A stretch of 64,000 nt of DNA from the IMG/VR virus record IMGVR_UViG_3300043177_000122, positions 40,464-104,463 of that record, one strand, 5' to 3'. A model generated the notes under the pieces. It ran no database searches. It was not told the DNA's origin and saw only the letters and a program-made list of their open reading frames with translations. This DNA is from a virus. Made by a program: the position numbers and the translations under genes. Within the stretch, counting starts at the first letter, position 1. Every line of letters begins with the position of its first letter. This document shows, one piece after another, positions 34,488 through 44,701 of the stretch.

Positions 34488-36362
34488 ATGACTCCGAATC
34501 GTATCAGAGAGTTAGAGAACAAGATTTTCAAAGCTCGTACGGACTACTACAACCATCAACCTACTGTTTCTGACAAGGTGTATGATGCTTGGGTAGATGA
34601 ACTACGCACTCTTGACCCTTCTAACAAGGCCGTAACTGCCATTGGTGCTCCAGTTGTTCCTTCTGAATGGACTAAAGCTAAGCATCAGATTCCAATGGGA
34701 TCCTTGGATAAAGTTAATACTCCTGCCGAATTCTCTAAATGGGTAGAGGATACGTATCCTGATGGTAAGCTTCTTATCACCGAAAAGCTTGATGGACTCT
34801 CCATTGAGGTTATTTATGAGAATGGGCATCTTGTTCAGGCCATTACTCGTGGTGATGGTGACATTGGTGAAGATATTACTGTCAACGTTGTCAAGATGGG
34901 AGGCGTTCACTCTCACCTAAAACACAATTTTACCGGCTCTTTACGTGGTGAAATCATTATGAAGAAGAGCATTCATAAGCAATTCTTTGCTGATAAAGCT
35001 AATCCGCGTAATGCAGCATCAGGCACTAGTAAGCGTTTGGATGGTGTGGGTGTCGATAAGCTCAACATTTTGTTCTATCAAGCACTTGGTGATGTTGATT
35101 TTGGTGTGGAGCAAGCTCAATTCGCCTGGCTTGTTAACCAAGGGCTAGATACGCCTAACTGGTGGGTAGTTAAAACTGCCGATCAAGTCAATAAATTCTG
35201 GCGTGATTACCAAGATACCAAGCGTGACAACCTGGATTATGATATTGACGGATTAGTTATTCGTGTTGATGATATGGCCAAGCAGATGGCTCTAGGCGAG
35301 AAAGACCTCCGTCCCAAAGGAGCAATTGCGTTCAAGTTTGAAAATGAAGCTCGCGAATCTATCATTCGAGACATTGTTTGGCAGGTTGGTAACTCTGGTC
35401 GCCTAACTCCTGTTGCCACTGTTGATCCTGTTCAATTAGTTGGCGCTACCATTACACGAGCCAGCCTCTATAATTACTCTTATATTGAAGAACTGAGTCT
35501 TGATATTGGCGCCACTGTTCTTGTGGCGCGAGCTAATGACGTTATTCCTCGTATTGAAGAGACTATCAAGAAGACAGGTACTGTGGCTAAGCCGCCCAGC
35601 AAATGCCCTGAGTGTGATGGTAAGACTGTTTTCGATGGGGAGAATCTCGTCTGTACTAATACTGAGTATTGTCGAGCACAGATCATTGGTCGTATTAAAA
35701 ATTGGATTAAAGAACTTAACCTTCTTGAGTGGGGCGATACTCTTGTTGAGAAGTTAGTTGAGGCAAAGAAGGTCAAGAACATTGCTGACTTGTACAAATT
35801 GAAAGTGGATGATATCGCTAATCTTGACCGTCTTGGTGAAAAGACAGCAAAGAAGGTGCTAGATATTCTTTGGGCCAACAAGAAAGTGCCTTTAGAAGTT
35901 TTTCTAGGTGCATTATCCATTCCTCTTATTGGGCAGGCTTCGATTAAATTAATTATGAAAGCCGGCTGTGATACTTTAGAAAAGTTTGGGCAATTAAATG
36001 CCGATGCTTTTGAACAAGTTCCTGGTCTTGGTCCGATTAAAGCAAAATCACTGGCTGACGGTCTTAAAAATAACCAACAACTCATTCTTGATTTATTAAA
36101 AAATGGCATTGAAATCAAAGAGGCAATTGATGGTAAATTAACCGGCAAAAGCTTTGCCATTACTGGGACTCTTTCTATCAAGCGTGCAGAAGTTGAAAAG
36201 ATGATTGTAGATAATGGAGGAGAGGTTAAAAGTAGCGTTGGAAAGGGATTATCTTATCTAATCATTGCCGATCCTCAATCTGCCAGTAGCAAGGCCCAGG
36301 CGGCACGCAAATTGGGAACAATTCTTATCGACGAAAAGCAGTTTTTGGAATTGATTAAGTAA
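34488..36362 (+). CDS. ligA: NAD-dependent DNA ligase
   Basis: YY..P.VSD..YD, KLDG, TRGDG..GED, ANPRNAASG, DGLV, AFKF, Zn finger, HhH, BRCT. Confidence 0.97.
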   Translation: MTPNRIRELENKIFKARTDYYNHQPTVSDKVYDAWVDELRTLDPSNKAVTAIGAPVVPSEWTKAKHQIPMGSLDKVNTPAEFSKWVEDTYPDGKLLITEKLDGLSIEVIYENGHLVQAITRGDGDIGEDITVNVVKMGGVHSHLKHNFTGSLRGEIIMKKSIHKQFFADKANPRNAASGTSKRLDGVGVDKLNILFYQALGDVDFGVEQAQFAWLVNQGLDTPNWWVVKTADQVNKFWRDYQDTKRDNLDYDIDGLVIRVDDMAKQMALGEKDLRPKGAIAFKFENEARESIIRDIVWQVGNSGRLTPVATVDPVQLVGATITRASLYNYSYIEELSLDIGATVLVARANDVIPRIEETIKKTGTVAKPPSKCPECDGKTVFDGENLVCTNTEYCRAQIIGRIKNWIKELNLLEWGDTLVEKLVEAKKVKNIADLYKLKVDDIANLDRLGEKTAKKVLDILWANKKVPLEVFLGALSIPLIGQASIKLIMKAGCDTLEKFGQLNADAFEQVPGLGPIKAKSLADGLKNNQQLILDLLKNGIEIKEAIDGKLTGKSFAITGTLSIKRAEVEKMIVDNGGEVKSSVGKGLSYLIIADPQSASSKAQAARKLGTILIDEKQFLELIK

Positions 36363-36376
36363 AAACTACGTATATT

Positions 36377-36995
36377 ATGAGAAAACGAAAAGTTTATTTA
36401 GCAGATGTTCCTAACTCCCCCCACATCACGAGCAGTTTATTTTAATGGCGCCATTTGGAAACCAGTGGTAGATGAAACTTACTACAATGTAGGTGAGCTT
36501 ATTGAATGTCAGTTGAAAGCTGAATCAGGCGAGTCTGTTTTACTAGTTGGAGGCAAACTTCGTGGATATTTAGAAACCTGGTTTGAGGTTTTCCGAAATA
36601 AAGAAGCAAAAAAGTGCCGAATACAGGGTTGTGAAATCGGACCACCTTTCATTCGTGAGTTATGTAATACTCATTACCAACGAGCACAAAGATGCGGTGA
36701 TGAAAATTACGTTCCACAAATAGCTCCAAAGGGTACAGGATTTATAAACAAAGCCGGTTATCGTATAATTTTAGATGGTAATGGTGGTAAAATAAAAGAA
36801 CACAGATTGGTAATGGAGCAGCATTTGGGAAGAAAACTATTATCTCATGAGAATGTTCATCACAAAAATGGCAATAAATCTGATAATAGATTAGAAAATC
36901 TTGAATTGTGGAGCACAAAACAACCGCAGGGTAAGAGAATAGAAGATTTAATTTTTTATGCAAAAGAGATTTTATCTCTTTATGAAGGTGAATGA
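36377..36995 (+). CDS. HNH homing endonuclease (probable frameshift in the C6 run at 36417-36422)
   Basis: LC..HYQR, EHRLVME..LGR.L...ENVHHKNG.K.DNR.ENLELW. Confidence 0.8.
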
Positions 36996-37405
36996 TGTGG
37001 TTTCGTAATTTGATTGAAAACATTAAATCATTTTGGTGGTATTCAAGTGAAGGTCAGTTTGGAGCATTAGAAATGGAAGGGCCCATCATCAAAAGAGACC
37101 CTTTAGATAAAGAGCGCCCCAATTTCTATATTGGTAAAATTACACCAGACAGTATGTTTGATTGGGAAGTAATAGAGATTATTGATGACAACAATATCAA
37201 AATAAAAGTATTGAAAATCTATCACGATCGTATGGATAGATATCTTGATGAGGGCAAAGTGTATCCCGTATTCAAACATTCTGGATGGAATGATGCAACG
37301 ATGCAGATATGGGAAATTGCCCCAGAACATATGAAGCGAGATGTTTCGCAGGTTATTCTTATGTGGGATAAGGGGGTTGGATGGAGTTGGGATTTAGATA
37401 CATAG
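36992..37405 (+). CDS. hypothetical protein
   Basis: 137-aa ORF. Confidence 0.7.
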   Translation: MMWFRNLIENIKSFWWYSSEGQFGALEMEGPIIKRDPLDKERPNFYIGKITPDSMFDWEVIEIIDDNNIKIKVLKIYHDRMDRYLDEGKVYPVFKHSGWNDATMQIWEIAPEHMKRDVSQVILMWDKGVGWSWDLDT

Positions 37406-37418
37406 TCTATAGGGTTAA

Positions 37419-37766
37419 ATGTTCAATTCATTATTATTGCAGGGCCTTTATCAAAAGTTTCCGCTCTTTACAAAATACATATTCTTGCATCCAGATGGTT
37501 ATGAAGGCAAATTATTTAACTTCTCTTCTGATTTAGAGAAAATTGGCATAGAGTGGGACGTCTCAATTAGAAACGGAACTTATATAGATGTAATTTCAGA
37601 GCCAATAGAAATTACTAGGCCCCAATATGGCGCTATCTCTGTTGTTAAAATCAAAGCTGATGTAGCAACCGACTATCATACGATAATCAAAGAGTTTTGG
37701 GTGCCTATCACATGTGTCGTGAAAGTAGAAAACAATGCAATTGAAAGTTCTGAACTCTCAGATTGA
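37419..37766 (+). CDS. hypothetical protein
   Basis: 115-aa ORF. Confidence 0.7.
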   Translation: MFNSLLLQGLYQKFPLFTKYIFLHPDGYEGKLFNFSSDLEKIGIEWDVSIRNGTYIDVISEPIEITRPQYGAISVVKIKADVATDYHTIIKEFWVPITCVVKVENNAIESSELSD

Positions 37767-38601
37767 TCACTCAGTTAACTTTGTCGAAGAACAATTGGTG
37801 GGTTTTCTTGAATCGCGCTTCGTCCGGAAGTGTGATGAGTACTTTATTGCCTATCTGTCATCTCAGACAGGCTGTAACCGTGGTTGTACCTTCTGTCACT
37901 TGACGGCAACGGGCCAGACATCCTTTGTGGATACCAGTCACAATGACTTTATGGCCCAGGCCATTCAAGTCTTCAAGCATTACCGCAGTCAAAAGAAGCC
38001 TGCTAAGTACATGCACTACAACTTTATGGCTCGTGGAGAACCCCTTGCCAATCAAATCCTATTGGATTCTGGTGATGAGCTTCTATCCAAGCTAGGTCAA
38101 GTGGCTAAAGATGAGGGTTTGTCCGCTAAGTTCAACATCTCTACCATTATGCCACTGACTCTAAAGAAGTCTTTGACCAGTGTTTTCAGTTACATCAACC
38201 CAACAATCTACTACTCGCTGTATCATACCGATGAAGTGTGGCGCAAGAAGTGGATGCCAGCAGCTATGCCCGTATCTGAAGCTCTTTTCATGCTAAAAGA
38301 GTACCAAGAATTTTCTAAGAAGATAGTCAAAATCCATCACACCTTTATTGCAGGAGAGAATGATTCTGAAGAATCCGTTCACGCTGTGTGCGATGCTACT
38401 GAAAACCACAAGTTAATTTGTGAATTTAACTTAGTCCGCTATAATCCCGCATCAGAAGATCAAGGAATTGAAAGTTCCGATGAAATAATTAGTCGTAATA
38501 TCGGCATTATGAAGGATAGATTTAGATTCAATACGAAGGTTCAAACAATTCCTCGTGTTGGGTTTGATGTTAAAGCTTCTTGTGGAATGTTTGTAGAATG
38601 A
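37735..38601 (+). CDS. RlmN/Cfr-like radical SAM RNA methyltransferase
   Basis: SSQTGCNRGCTFC, FMARGEP (MGMGEP-like), NLVRYN, C-terminal ASCG. Confidence 0.85.
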   Translation: MQLKVLNSQIDHSVNFVEEQLVGFLESRFVRKCDEYFIAYLSSQTGCNRGCTFCHLTATGQTSFVDTSHNDFMAQAIQVFKHYRSQKKPAKYMHYNFMARGEPLANQILLDSGDELLSKLGQVAKDEGLSAKFNISTIMPLTLKKSLTSVFSYINPTIYYSLYHTDEVWRKKWMPAAMPVSEALFMLKEYQEFSKKIVKIHHTFIAGENDSEESVHAVCDATENHKLICEFNLVRYNPASEDQGIESSDEIISRNIGIMKDRFRFNTKVQTIPRVGFDVKASCGMFVE

Positions 38602-39404
38602 AGGATAAATATCTTTGGTTTACAGATACACATCTCGATAAGGTTCCACCTTGGGATCTTATTAGACTACTTTTGCATATCATAAAAGAGGATCCAAAAG
38701 GCATCTTTTTAACAGGAGATATCTCTAATGGACTTCTAACTCCATGGCATTTAAGAATGATTGCCACTTTTGTAAAGTGCCCAATCTATTTTGTGTTAGG
38801 AAATCATGATTATCATTTCTCTTCAATCGAGAAAACTCATCAAAAAGTTCGCGCCCTTTGTAAAGAATTTCCCAATCTTATTTGGATGACAGAGGCGGGC
38901 GTTGTTCATCTCAATGAAGAAGTGGCCTTAATTGGAACTGAAGGCTGGTATGATGCCAATAATGGTAAACCAGAGTATCTTCAGTTCACTTTTGATTGGA
39001 TGTTAACGGAAGATTTTCGTAAACTATCTGATATGAAAGCAAGAATTGAGGCTTGGCGAGCAATTGCTGATCAAAGTACCTACTATTTGGTTGATAAAAT
39101 TGAAAAAGCCATCGAACAAGGCTATAAGAATATCTATGTTCTAACACATTTCCCGCCTTGGAAAGAGGCAACTCGTGATGTTGGAACGGTTTTTGAAAAA
39201 TTTTGGATGCCATATAATGTGAATGTACGCCTTGGTGTAGCCTTAGAAGAGGTCATGGTTAACCATAAAAAGAAACACATCACAGTATTGGCAGGCCACA
39301 CTCACACTGATTGCTGGATTCACGTGTCTCGTAACATTGAGTGTAAAGTAAGTAAAGCAAAGTACTATGTTGAAATTCGTAACGATGAGCACATTTTTAT
39401 TTAG
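38598..39404 (+). CDS. calcineurin-like metallophosphoesterase
   Basis: DTH, GD, GNHD, THFPP, GHTH. Confidence 0.9.
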   Translation: MKDKYLWFTDTHLDKVPPWDLIRLLLHIIKEDPKGIFLTGDISNGLLTPWHLRMIATFVKCPIYFVLGNHDYHFSSIEKTHQKVRALCKEFPNLIWMTEAGVVHLNEEVALIGTEGWYDANNGKPEYLQFTFDWMLTEDFRKLSDMKARIEAWRAIADQSTYYLVDKIEKAIEQGYKNIYVLTHFPPWKEATRDVGTVFEKFWMPYNVNVRLGVALEEVMVNHKKKHITVLAGHTHTDCWIHVSRNIECKVSKAKYYVEIRNDEHIFI

Positions 39405-40116
39405 CCTTCTAATTTCATGTCAACAAGAGGTAACTCCTGCCCCAGTTATACCATCTGAAGATATTGGAGCTATTTATATTCCACCGCCCACCCCACCCGT
39501 TGTACAACCAACTATTTGTTCTGAAGATATGGTATTCGTTTCTAATGGCAAATTTTGTATTGATAAATACGAATGGCCTAATAAGAAAAATACATTGCCA
39601 GATTTTGCAATGACGGCTTTTGAAGCAGAAAAATTATGTGAAAGTATTAAAAAACGTTTATGTACTCATACTGAATGGCTTAATGCGTGTCTTGGAAAAG
39701 ATAGCTTACGTTATGGGTATGGTAATTTTTGGCAAAAAGATGCCTGTAATGACAATACTAACACAAAATATATTCCTGTTAACTGGGGTAAAATGAATGA
39801 AGGTCGAGATGCCTGGAAATCATATGCGAAAACTCTATATAAAGGAAAACCAAGCGGCTCAATGGAACAATGTTTTGTTAGCGAGGCCAATGATAGAGTT
39901 TATGATATGATTGGTAATGTCAGAGAGTGGGTTCGCGATCCTGCAGGATATGGTGGATATGCTTTTGAATCTTCTTTTTGGCATGGAACTATGCAAGGTC
40001 CTCAAGGTTGTGGTTTTGTAGTCCGCTCTCATGCTCCTGAATTTGCTTCTTATGAAGTTGGAACACGTTGCTGTAAAGAGACAAACAATGTTAAAGATAA
40101 TCACCAGCCACAATAA
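39367..40116 (+). CDS. FGE-sulfatase (SUMF1) domain lipoprotein
   Basis: Lipobox-like LISC, FCIDKYE, KRLC...EW..AC, YDMIGNVREW, GTRCC. Confidence 0.85.
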   Translation: MLKFVTMSTFLFSLLISCQQEVTPAPVIPSEDIGAIYIPPPTPPVVQPTICSEDMVFVSNGKFCIDKYEWPNKKNTLPDFAMTAFEAEKLCESIKKRLCTHTEWLNACLGKDSLRYGYGNFWQKDACNDNTNTKYIPVNWGKMNEGRDAWKSYAKTLYKGKPSGSMEQCFVSEANDRVYDMIGNVREWVRDPAGYGGYAFESSFWHGTMQGPQGCGFVVRSHAPEFASYEVGTRCCKETNNVKDNHQPQ

Positions 40117-40315
40117 ACAAGACGTAACATATACTTTTACTATTGGGCAAAACTTTCCACAAATTGAAGGAAAGTTATTAAGTGTTGAGCTTAGTGGTAA
40201 AGAGCTAGAAAAATTCCTGGAAGTCCGAGAGGTTCCTGTGAATGAAATGAAATGTGCTACCTGGTGTAATGAATATGCTGGTCGTGTCTTGAAGTTATTA
40301 CGAGAGATATTATGA
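40088..40315 (+). CDS. hypothetical protein
   Basis: Short ORF. Confidence 0.6.
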   Translation: MLKIITSHNKQDVTYTFTIGQNFPQIEGKLLSVELSGKELEKFLEVREVPVNEMKCATWCNEYAGRVLKLLREIL

Positions 40316-40620
40316 TTGAAGCTATCATTACATTTTTTGCGATCTATGGTTTAGCCTTCTTAATAAAAGAGAGTTCTGGCCCGTTTGATATTATGGATAA
40401 GACGCGTTCATGGCTTATGAGGAATAAGTATGTTGGAGTCTTCTTCTTTAAATTATTAGATTGTTACTTTTGTGTGGGTTGCCATTGTGGTTGGATCGTA
40501 TACCTGCTAAGTCACGACTCTTATAAGTGGCATTTTTTTGTATTGTGGACCCTTGCGGGCGGAGCAATTAGCCTTATATTGAACGGGCTGTTGACGAAGC
40601 TACACTCTTCGCACGGCTAA
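40312..40620 (+). CDS. membrane protein (DUF1360-like)
   Basis: GPF....R, LLDC.FC.G, hydrophobic helices. Confidence 0.65.
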   Translation: MIEAIITFFAIYGLAFLIKESSGPFDIMDKTRSWLMRNKYVGVFFFKLLDCYFCVGCHCGWIVYLLSHDSYKWHFFVLWTLAGGAISLILNGLLTKLHSSHG

Positions 40621-40640
40621 TACTTTTAGCGCATAAGTAG

Positions 40641-40847
40641 GTGAAACACTGCCTACTTTTGTTGTTTCTATTGACGAGTTGTGTCAAATTTGCTGCCCCC
40701 GTCCCATGGAAACAATCAGACAAATCTACAATAATTTGTACTGGAGATACTTGCTGTTATCCCCATACTCCGCAGACTATGCAGTGTATTTACAGCCGGC
40801 CATTGAACGGTACTGTAATTGTTTATATTAGAGTTGTTGAAAAGTAA
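40641..40847 (+). CDS. small putative lipoprotein
   Basis: Signal peptide ending LTSC. Confidence 0.6.
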   Translation: MKHCLLLLFLLTSCVKFAAPVPWKQSDKSTIICTGDTCCYPHTPQTMQCIYSRPLNGTVIVYIRVVEK

Positions 40848-40870
40848 TTTGTCGAGAAAAAGTTTAGATT

Positions 40871-41096
40871 ATGTCATTGAAAAAATGAAAATGACGCACT
40901 TCGAAAACGTAGTGGTACAGTCAAAATCAATAGTAAGTTGGTAAGTTTCCTTTATGAAATAATGAGGGATCATTTGCCAACTGGTACAGTCGAAGAAATA
41001 GTTCGAGCATCAGAGCAAGAATCAGAAGTAATTTATACTAATGGTTGGCTTGCACAATATGCTGAAGATTTAGCAAACCGCCTGAAAGATAAATAA
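40871..41096 (+). pseudogene. hypothetical protein frameshifted in an A6 run (40880-40885)
   Basis: Removing one A gives MSLKNENDALRKRSG...LVSFLYEIMRDHLP.G...TNGWLAQYA. Confidence 0.65.
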
Positions 41097-41104
41097 GAGA
41101 AAAT

Positions 41105-42601
41105 ATGAGTTTACCTGTCATTAAGGACCAATCCGTTATTGATCGTATTAAAGTTGTAGAGTCTGTCAAGGGATGGACTTTAAACTTTACTGACATTGTA
41201 AATAACAACAACAAGTTCTATAATCTTGAAGTTGTGAAATCGTCAGATAATAGTTTCTATCTGTATACTGTGTATGGAAGAGTTGGAGCTAGCGGTGCTA
41301 AAGAGTATCGCGCTTGTTCTTCTCTTGCTCAGGCAGAAAAAGAAGCTGAAAGCATTATCAAATCCAAGAACAAAAAGGGATATATTGAAGTTAAACTTGC
41401 TAAAGCAGATGTTGGGTCTGAACAAGGTAAAGAGAAAGTGGATATTTCTGTTACCGTTGAGTCTTTGAAAAAGGCTGGCGTTCAAGTAAAAGAGGAGCCG
41501 CAAGTTGCAAGCAAATTGCACCCCGAGGTTCAAGATCTAGTTCGTACTTGGTTCGGTGTTACACAAGAGTTCGTCGAGTTGAACTTGGATACTAAGAAGT
41601 GCCCGCTTGGTCAATTATCTCTTGATCAGATTGATAAAGCCAAACAGATTCTTGGTGAAGCAACCAAGATTGTTAATCTCAAGAAACCAGATGTTGATGA
41701 GCTTAACAGTTTGACTAGCCAATACTACTCTAACATTCCACACGTACTCCCACATAGAATTAATGCCGATCTTCTGCGCTTTGATGATATGGCAAAGATT
41801 ACTAAAGCACAAGATATTCTTGATGTCTTTGCAGATGCTAAAAATGTTCAAGCAGTTATTTCCAAGAAAAGCGCTGTAGATTCACAGTACGCAACCTTAA
41901 ACGCTGGACTTGAGTATGTAGAACCTACCGATCCAACTTGGAAATGGCTTGAGGCAATGGTTCATGAAACCCGCGCTTCAAATCACTCTGGTTTAGGTAA
42001 GATTAAAGTTCATAAAATCTTCAAACTTGCTCGTAATGATGAGCAAAAACATTTTCTTGAGACGGCTGGTAAGATTGCCAAAGAATGTGGAAATTGGAAT
42101 CCCTCTCCAATCTACTCTAACTTGGTTAAGAGGCGCCCTGATGTTCCGAAGGAGTTACAAGAGCTTTATGCTAAAGCTAACATCCTTCCAGGTTGGCACG
42201 GCACTCGTAGAGCCAATATGATTGGTATTACTACTAAAGGGTTGTTGATTCGCCCATCTGGTGTTATCCATGCGGGGTCTATGTATGGTGATGGTATTTA
42301 TTGGGCCGTTCATAGCACTAAGTCTATTAATTATTGTGATGTCAAAGGCTCTTACTGGGCTCAGGGTGCTAATAAAACCGCTTATCTCTTCTTAGGAGAC
42401 GTAGCCTTCGGTAATCAAAAAATGGCTGGCGGATCCTACATGTATACCAAGAAGAACATTGCTCCAAACCATTCGGTGTGGGCCAAGTCTGGTGGTTGCT
42501 CAGGTCTATACAACGATGAGCTGATTACATATACTGCATCTGGTCATGGCCAACAGCATGTACTTCGTTATATCATCGAATTTGAAACGCAGGCTCGCTA
42601 A
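41105..42601 (+). CDS. poly(ADP-ribose) polymerase-like protein (WGR + regulatory + catalytic domains)
   Basis: NNNKFY, YGRVG; PLGQLS, YY..IPH; WHGT, MYG.GIYWA, KS.NY, DE (H-Y-E triad). Confidence 0.92.
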   Translation: MSLPVIKDQSVIDRIKVVESVKGWTLNFTDIVNNNNKFYNLEVVKSSDNSFYLYTVYGRVGASGAKEYRACSSLAQAEKEAESIIKSKNKKGYIEVKLAKADVGSEQGKEKVDISVTVESLKKAGVQVKEEPQVASKLHPEVQDLVRTWFGVTQEFVELNLDTKKCPLGQLSLDQIDKAKQILGEATKIVNLKKPDVDELNSLTSQYYSNIPHVLPHRINADLLRFDDMAKITKAQDILDVFADAKNVQAVISKKSAVDSQYATLNAGLEYVEPTDPTWKWLEAMVHETRASNHSGLGKIKVHKIFKLARNDEQKHFLETAGKIAKECGNWNPSPIYSNLVKRRPDVPKELQELYAKANILPGWHGTRRANMIGITTKGLLIRPSGVIHAGSMYGDGIYWAVHSTKSINYCDVKGSYWAQGANKTAYLFLGDVAFGNQKMAGGSYMYTKKNIAPNHSVWAKSGGCSGLYNDELITYTASGHGQQHVLRYIIEFETQAR

Positions 42602-43072
42602 ATGAATATTTTTGTGTTAGATACAAATGTAAAACTAGCCGCCCAGGCTCATGTTGACAAGCATTGCGTCAAAATGATTTTAGAAACAACGCAGCTACTT
42701 AATAATGCGTTGATTGTTGGATCCCCTGGTTATCAACCGGTGTATAAACAAACACACAAAAATCATCCATGTAGTATTTGGACAACTGAGTCTGTTGATA
42801 ATTTTAATTGGCTAAATAATCTTGGGCTAGCTCTTTGTGAAGAATATACGTTTAGATACAGCAAAACACATAAATGTCAGCCAATCCTAGAGCAATTTTC
42901 TTCTCTTATCGGCACATTAACTTTGCCCAAAATTGGCATGACTCAATTTCAACTTTGTATGCCAGACCAATACAAAGTTGATGATCCTGTAGAATCATAT
43001 CGTAATTACTATCGTGGTGATAAGGCATACATTGCAAAGTGGTCTAAACGCGAAAAACCTACTTGGTGGTAA
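42602..43072 (+). CDS. pyrimidine-dimer glycosylase family protein (DenV-like)
   Basis: MNIFVLD, DKH.VKMILE..QLL, H.NHPC..W, YR.YY. Confidence 0.85.
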   Translation: MNIFVLDTNVKLAAQAHVDKHCVKMILETTQLLNNALIVGSPGYQPVYKQTHKNHPCSIWTTESVDNFNWLNNLGLALCEEYTFRYSKTHKCQPILEQFSSLIGTLTLPKIGMTQFQLCMPDQYKVDDPVESYRNYYRGDKAYIAKWSKREKPTWW

Positions 43073-43079
43073 AATATAT

Positions 43080-43320
43080 TACGTTGAATATCAAGTTTAT
43101 AGAATATGATTCCAAGTAATTTTTCTAACGGCTCGTGAAATTGCTGACTCGCTCACATTATTATCAAAACCATATTTTCTAATGCTTTGATAAAGAGGTT
43201 TTTGTTTAGTTTTGTAAAAGCTTCATACTTATGACGACTCCATCATCTTTTAAGATTATTGGTTTGCCCAACATAAAGCTTTGAATTAATATTATTGCGA
43301 ATAATATAGATGTAATACAT
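43080..43320 (-). pseudogene. GIY-YIG endonuclease remnant
   Basis: Reverse strand MYYIYIIRNNINSKLYVGQTNNLKR*WSRH..., then frameshift and truncation; AGGAG RBS present. Confidence 0.8.
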
Positions 43321-43371
43321 GCCTACTCCTATATTACATTATTGATAGGGTGTGGTGGTGCAGGTGATGTT

Positions 43372-43854
43372 TTGATTGAAATAATTACAGGCGATTTTTT
43401 GGAAGCCAAAGAAAAATATATTGTACACCAGACTAACTGTATCTCTACTAATGGGGCAGCCGGGATTGCGAAGGATATTTTCGATAAATATCCTTATGCA
43501 GACTGTTACGTATCTCGCACCGAACCAAGTAAGCCCGGTACAATTGATATCCGTGGCAACGGATTAGATCAAAGATTGATTGTTAATCTTTACGGTCAGG
43601 TTTATCCTGGGCGATGCAGATACCCACTTTCAAGTTTAGATGGACTGGTAGCTCGTGAGAAATACTTTTACCACGGGTTACTACGTCTGGCCAAGATTGA
43701 GGGGCTGGAAAGTATAGCATTGCCGTGGAGGGTGGGGTGTGGGATCGCTGGTGGGAACTGGGAACATTATCTTGGAACAATTAATAATTTCGCTCAATAT
43801 GTTAAGGAAAAGGGCGTTGATGTTCGCATCTATCGTCGTTCAGGAGACGAATAA
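43372..43854 (+). CDS. macrodomain protein (ADP-ribose hydrolase/binder)
   Basis: GDFL, VHQTNC...GIA, VNLYGQ, ALP.RVGCGIAGG.W. Confidence 0.88.
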   Translation: MIEIITGDFLEAKEKYIVHQTNCISTNGAAGIAKDIFDKYPYADCYVSRTEPSKPGTIDIRGNGLDQRLIVNLYGQVYPGRCRYPLSSLDGLVAREKYFYHGLLRLAKIEGLESIALPWRVGCGIAGGNWEHYLGTINNFAQYVKEKGVDVRIYRRSGDE

Positions 43855-44203
43855 TGTCTGATGAAAAGAAAAAGTCTTATCTAGACTATGATTTCAAAAA
43901 TCAAGAAGCTCCATATCAAGCGGCCAAGACAAATATTCAATCTGAGATCGATGAGATTCACAAGGCCACTAAAGCTAATGGTACTCGTCTTCTTGAACAA
44001 AAAGTTACTATGCGCCCGGATTGGGATCTCAGATTTTGTTTAAATCTTTGATGACAGGCAGAAAATATCGTATGTTCATTTCTGATTTTCATGACATGAT
44101 GCTTACAAAAAAGATGCAAGATAATGTTATTGAAGGCGAATTTACCTTTGTTAAAAAGGGCAGAGTGCAGGGATTTAGAATGATCCTGCCGCCCGCACCT
44201 TGA
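43854..44203 (+). pseudogene. hypothetical protein split by a probable deletion or frameshift near 44020
   Basis: Two overlapping frames, the second without a good start. Confidence 0.45.
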
Positions 44204-44263
44204 CTTTAATTATTGAAAATACAGATTTAGTTATTAGCCGCGTAGCGGTGTAAGGAGAAACAA

Positions 44264-44698
44264 ATGTCTAATTTGGAAGATACAGTTCGTTCGGTTGTGC
44301 AGGATTTCATTAATCGTGAAGTTCTTTTCACGGCATTGGATGTTAGCAATTCGGTCAAGCAGAGCTTGCCCCAAGTTCGTCATCGTGAAGTGAGGGATGT
44401 TGTTCGTAGCATTTTCTCTACTGAGATTGAGACTCAAGGTTGGGCTCGTACGCCTATTACCGTAACCTTAGGTGATGGTACTGCGGCCGAAGCCCTCTTG
44501 TATCACCCATTAACTGACTCTTGGGATTTGGATAACAAATATAATACTCAGCAACGTCAAGCGGTCCCAGTCCGCCCAGTGCAGCAAGCTCAGGCTACAA
44601 TCGCCGCACCCGCTCCTGTTGCAGTTCCTCTTCCAACCGCCCGCACACTTTGGGACAGTTTGTTTCAGACACAACCATCTCTTTTCCCCAAAAAGTGA
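44264..44698 (+). CDS. hypothetical protein
   Basis: 144-aa ORF with AAGGAG RBS. Confidence 0.8.
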   Translation: MSNLEDTVRSVVQDFINREVLFTALDVSNSVKQSLPQVRHREVRDVVRSIFSTEIETQGWARTPITVTLGDGTAAEALLYHPLTDSWDLDNKYNTQQRQAVPVRPVQQAQATIAAPAPVAVPLPTARTLWDSLFQTQPSLFPKK

Positions 44699-44701
44699 TT
44701 T

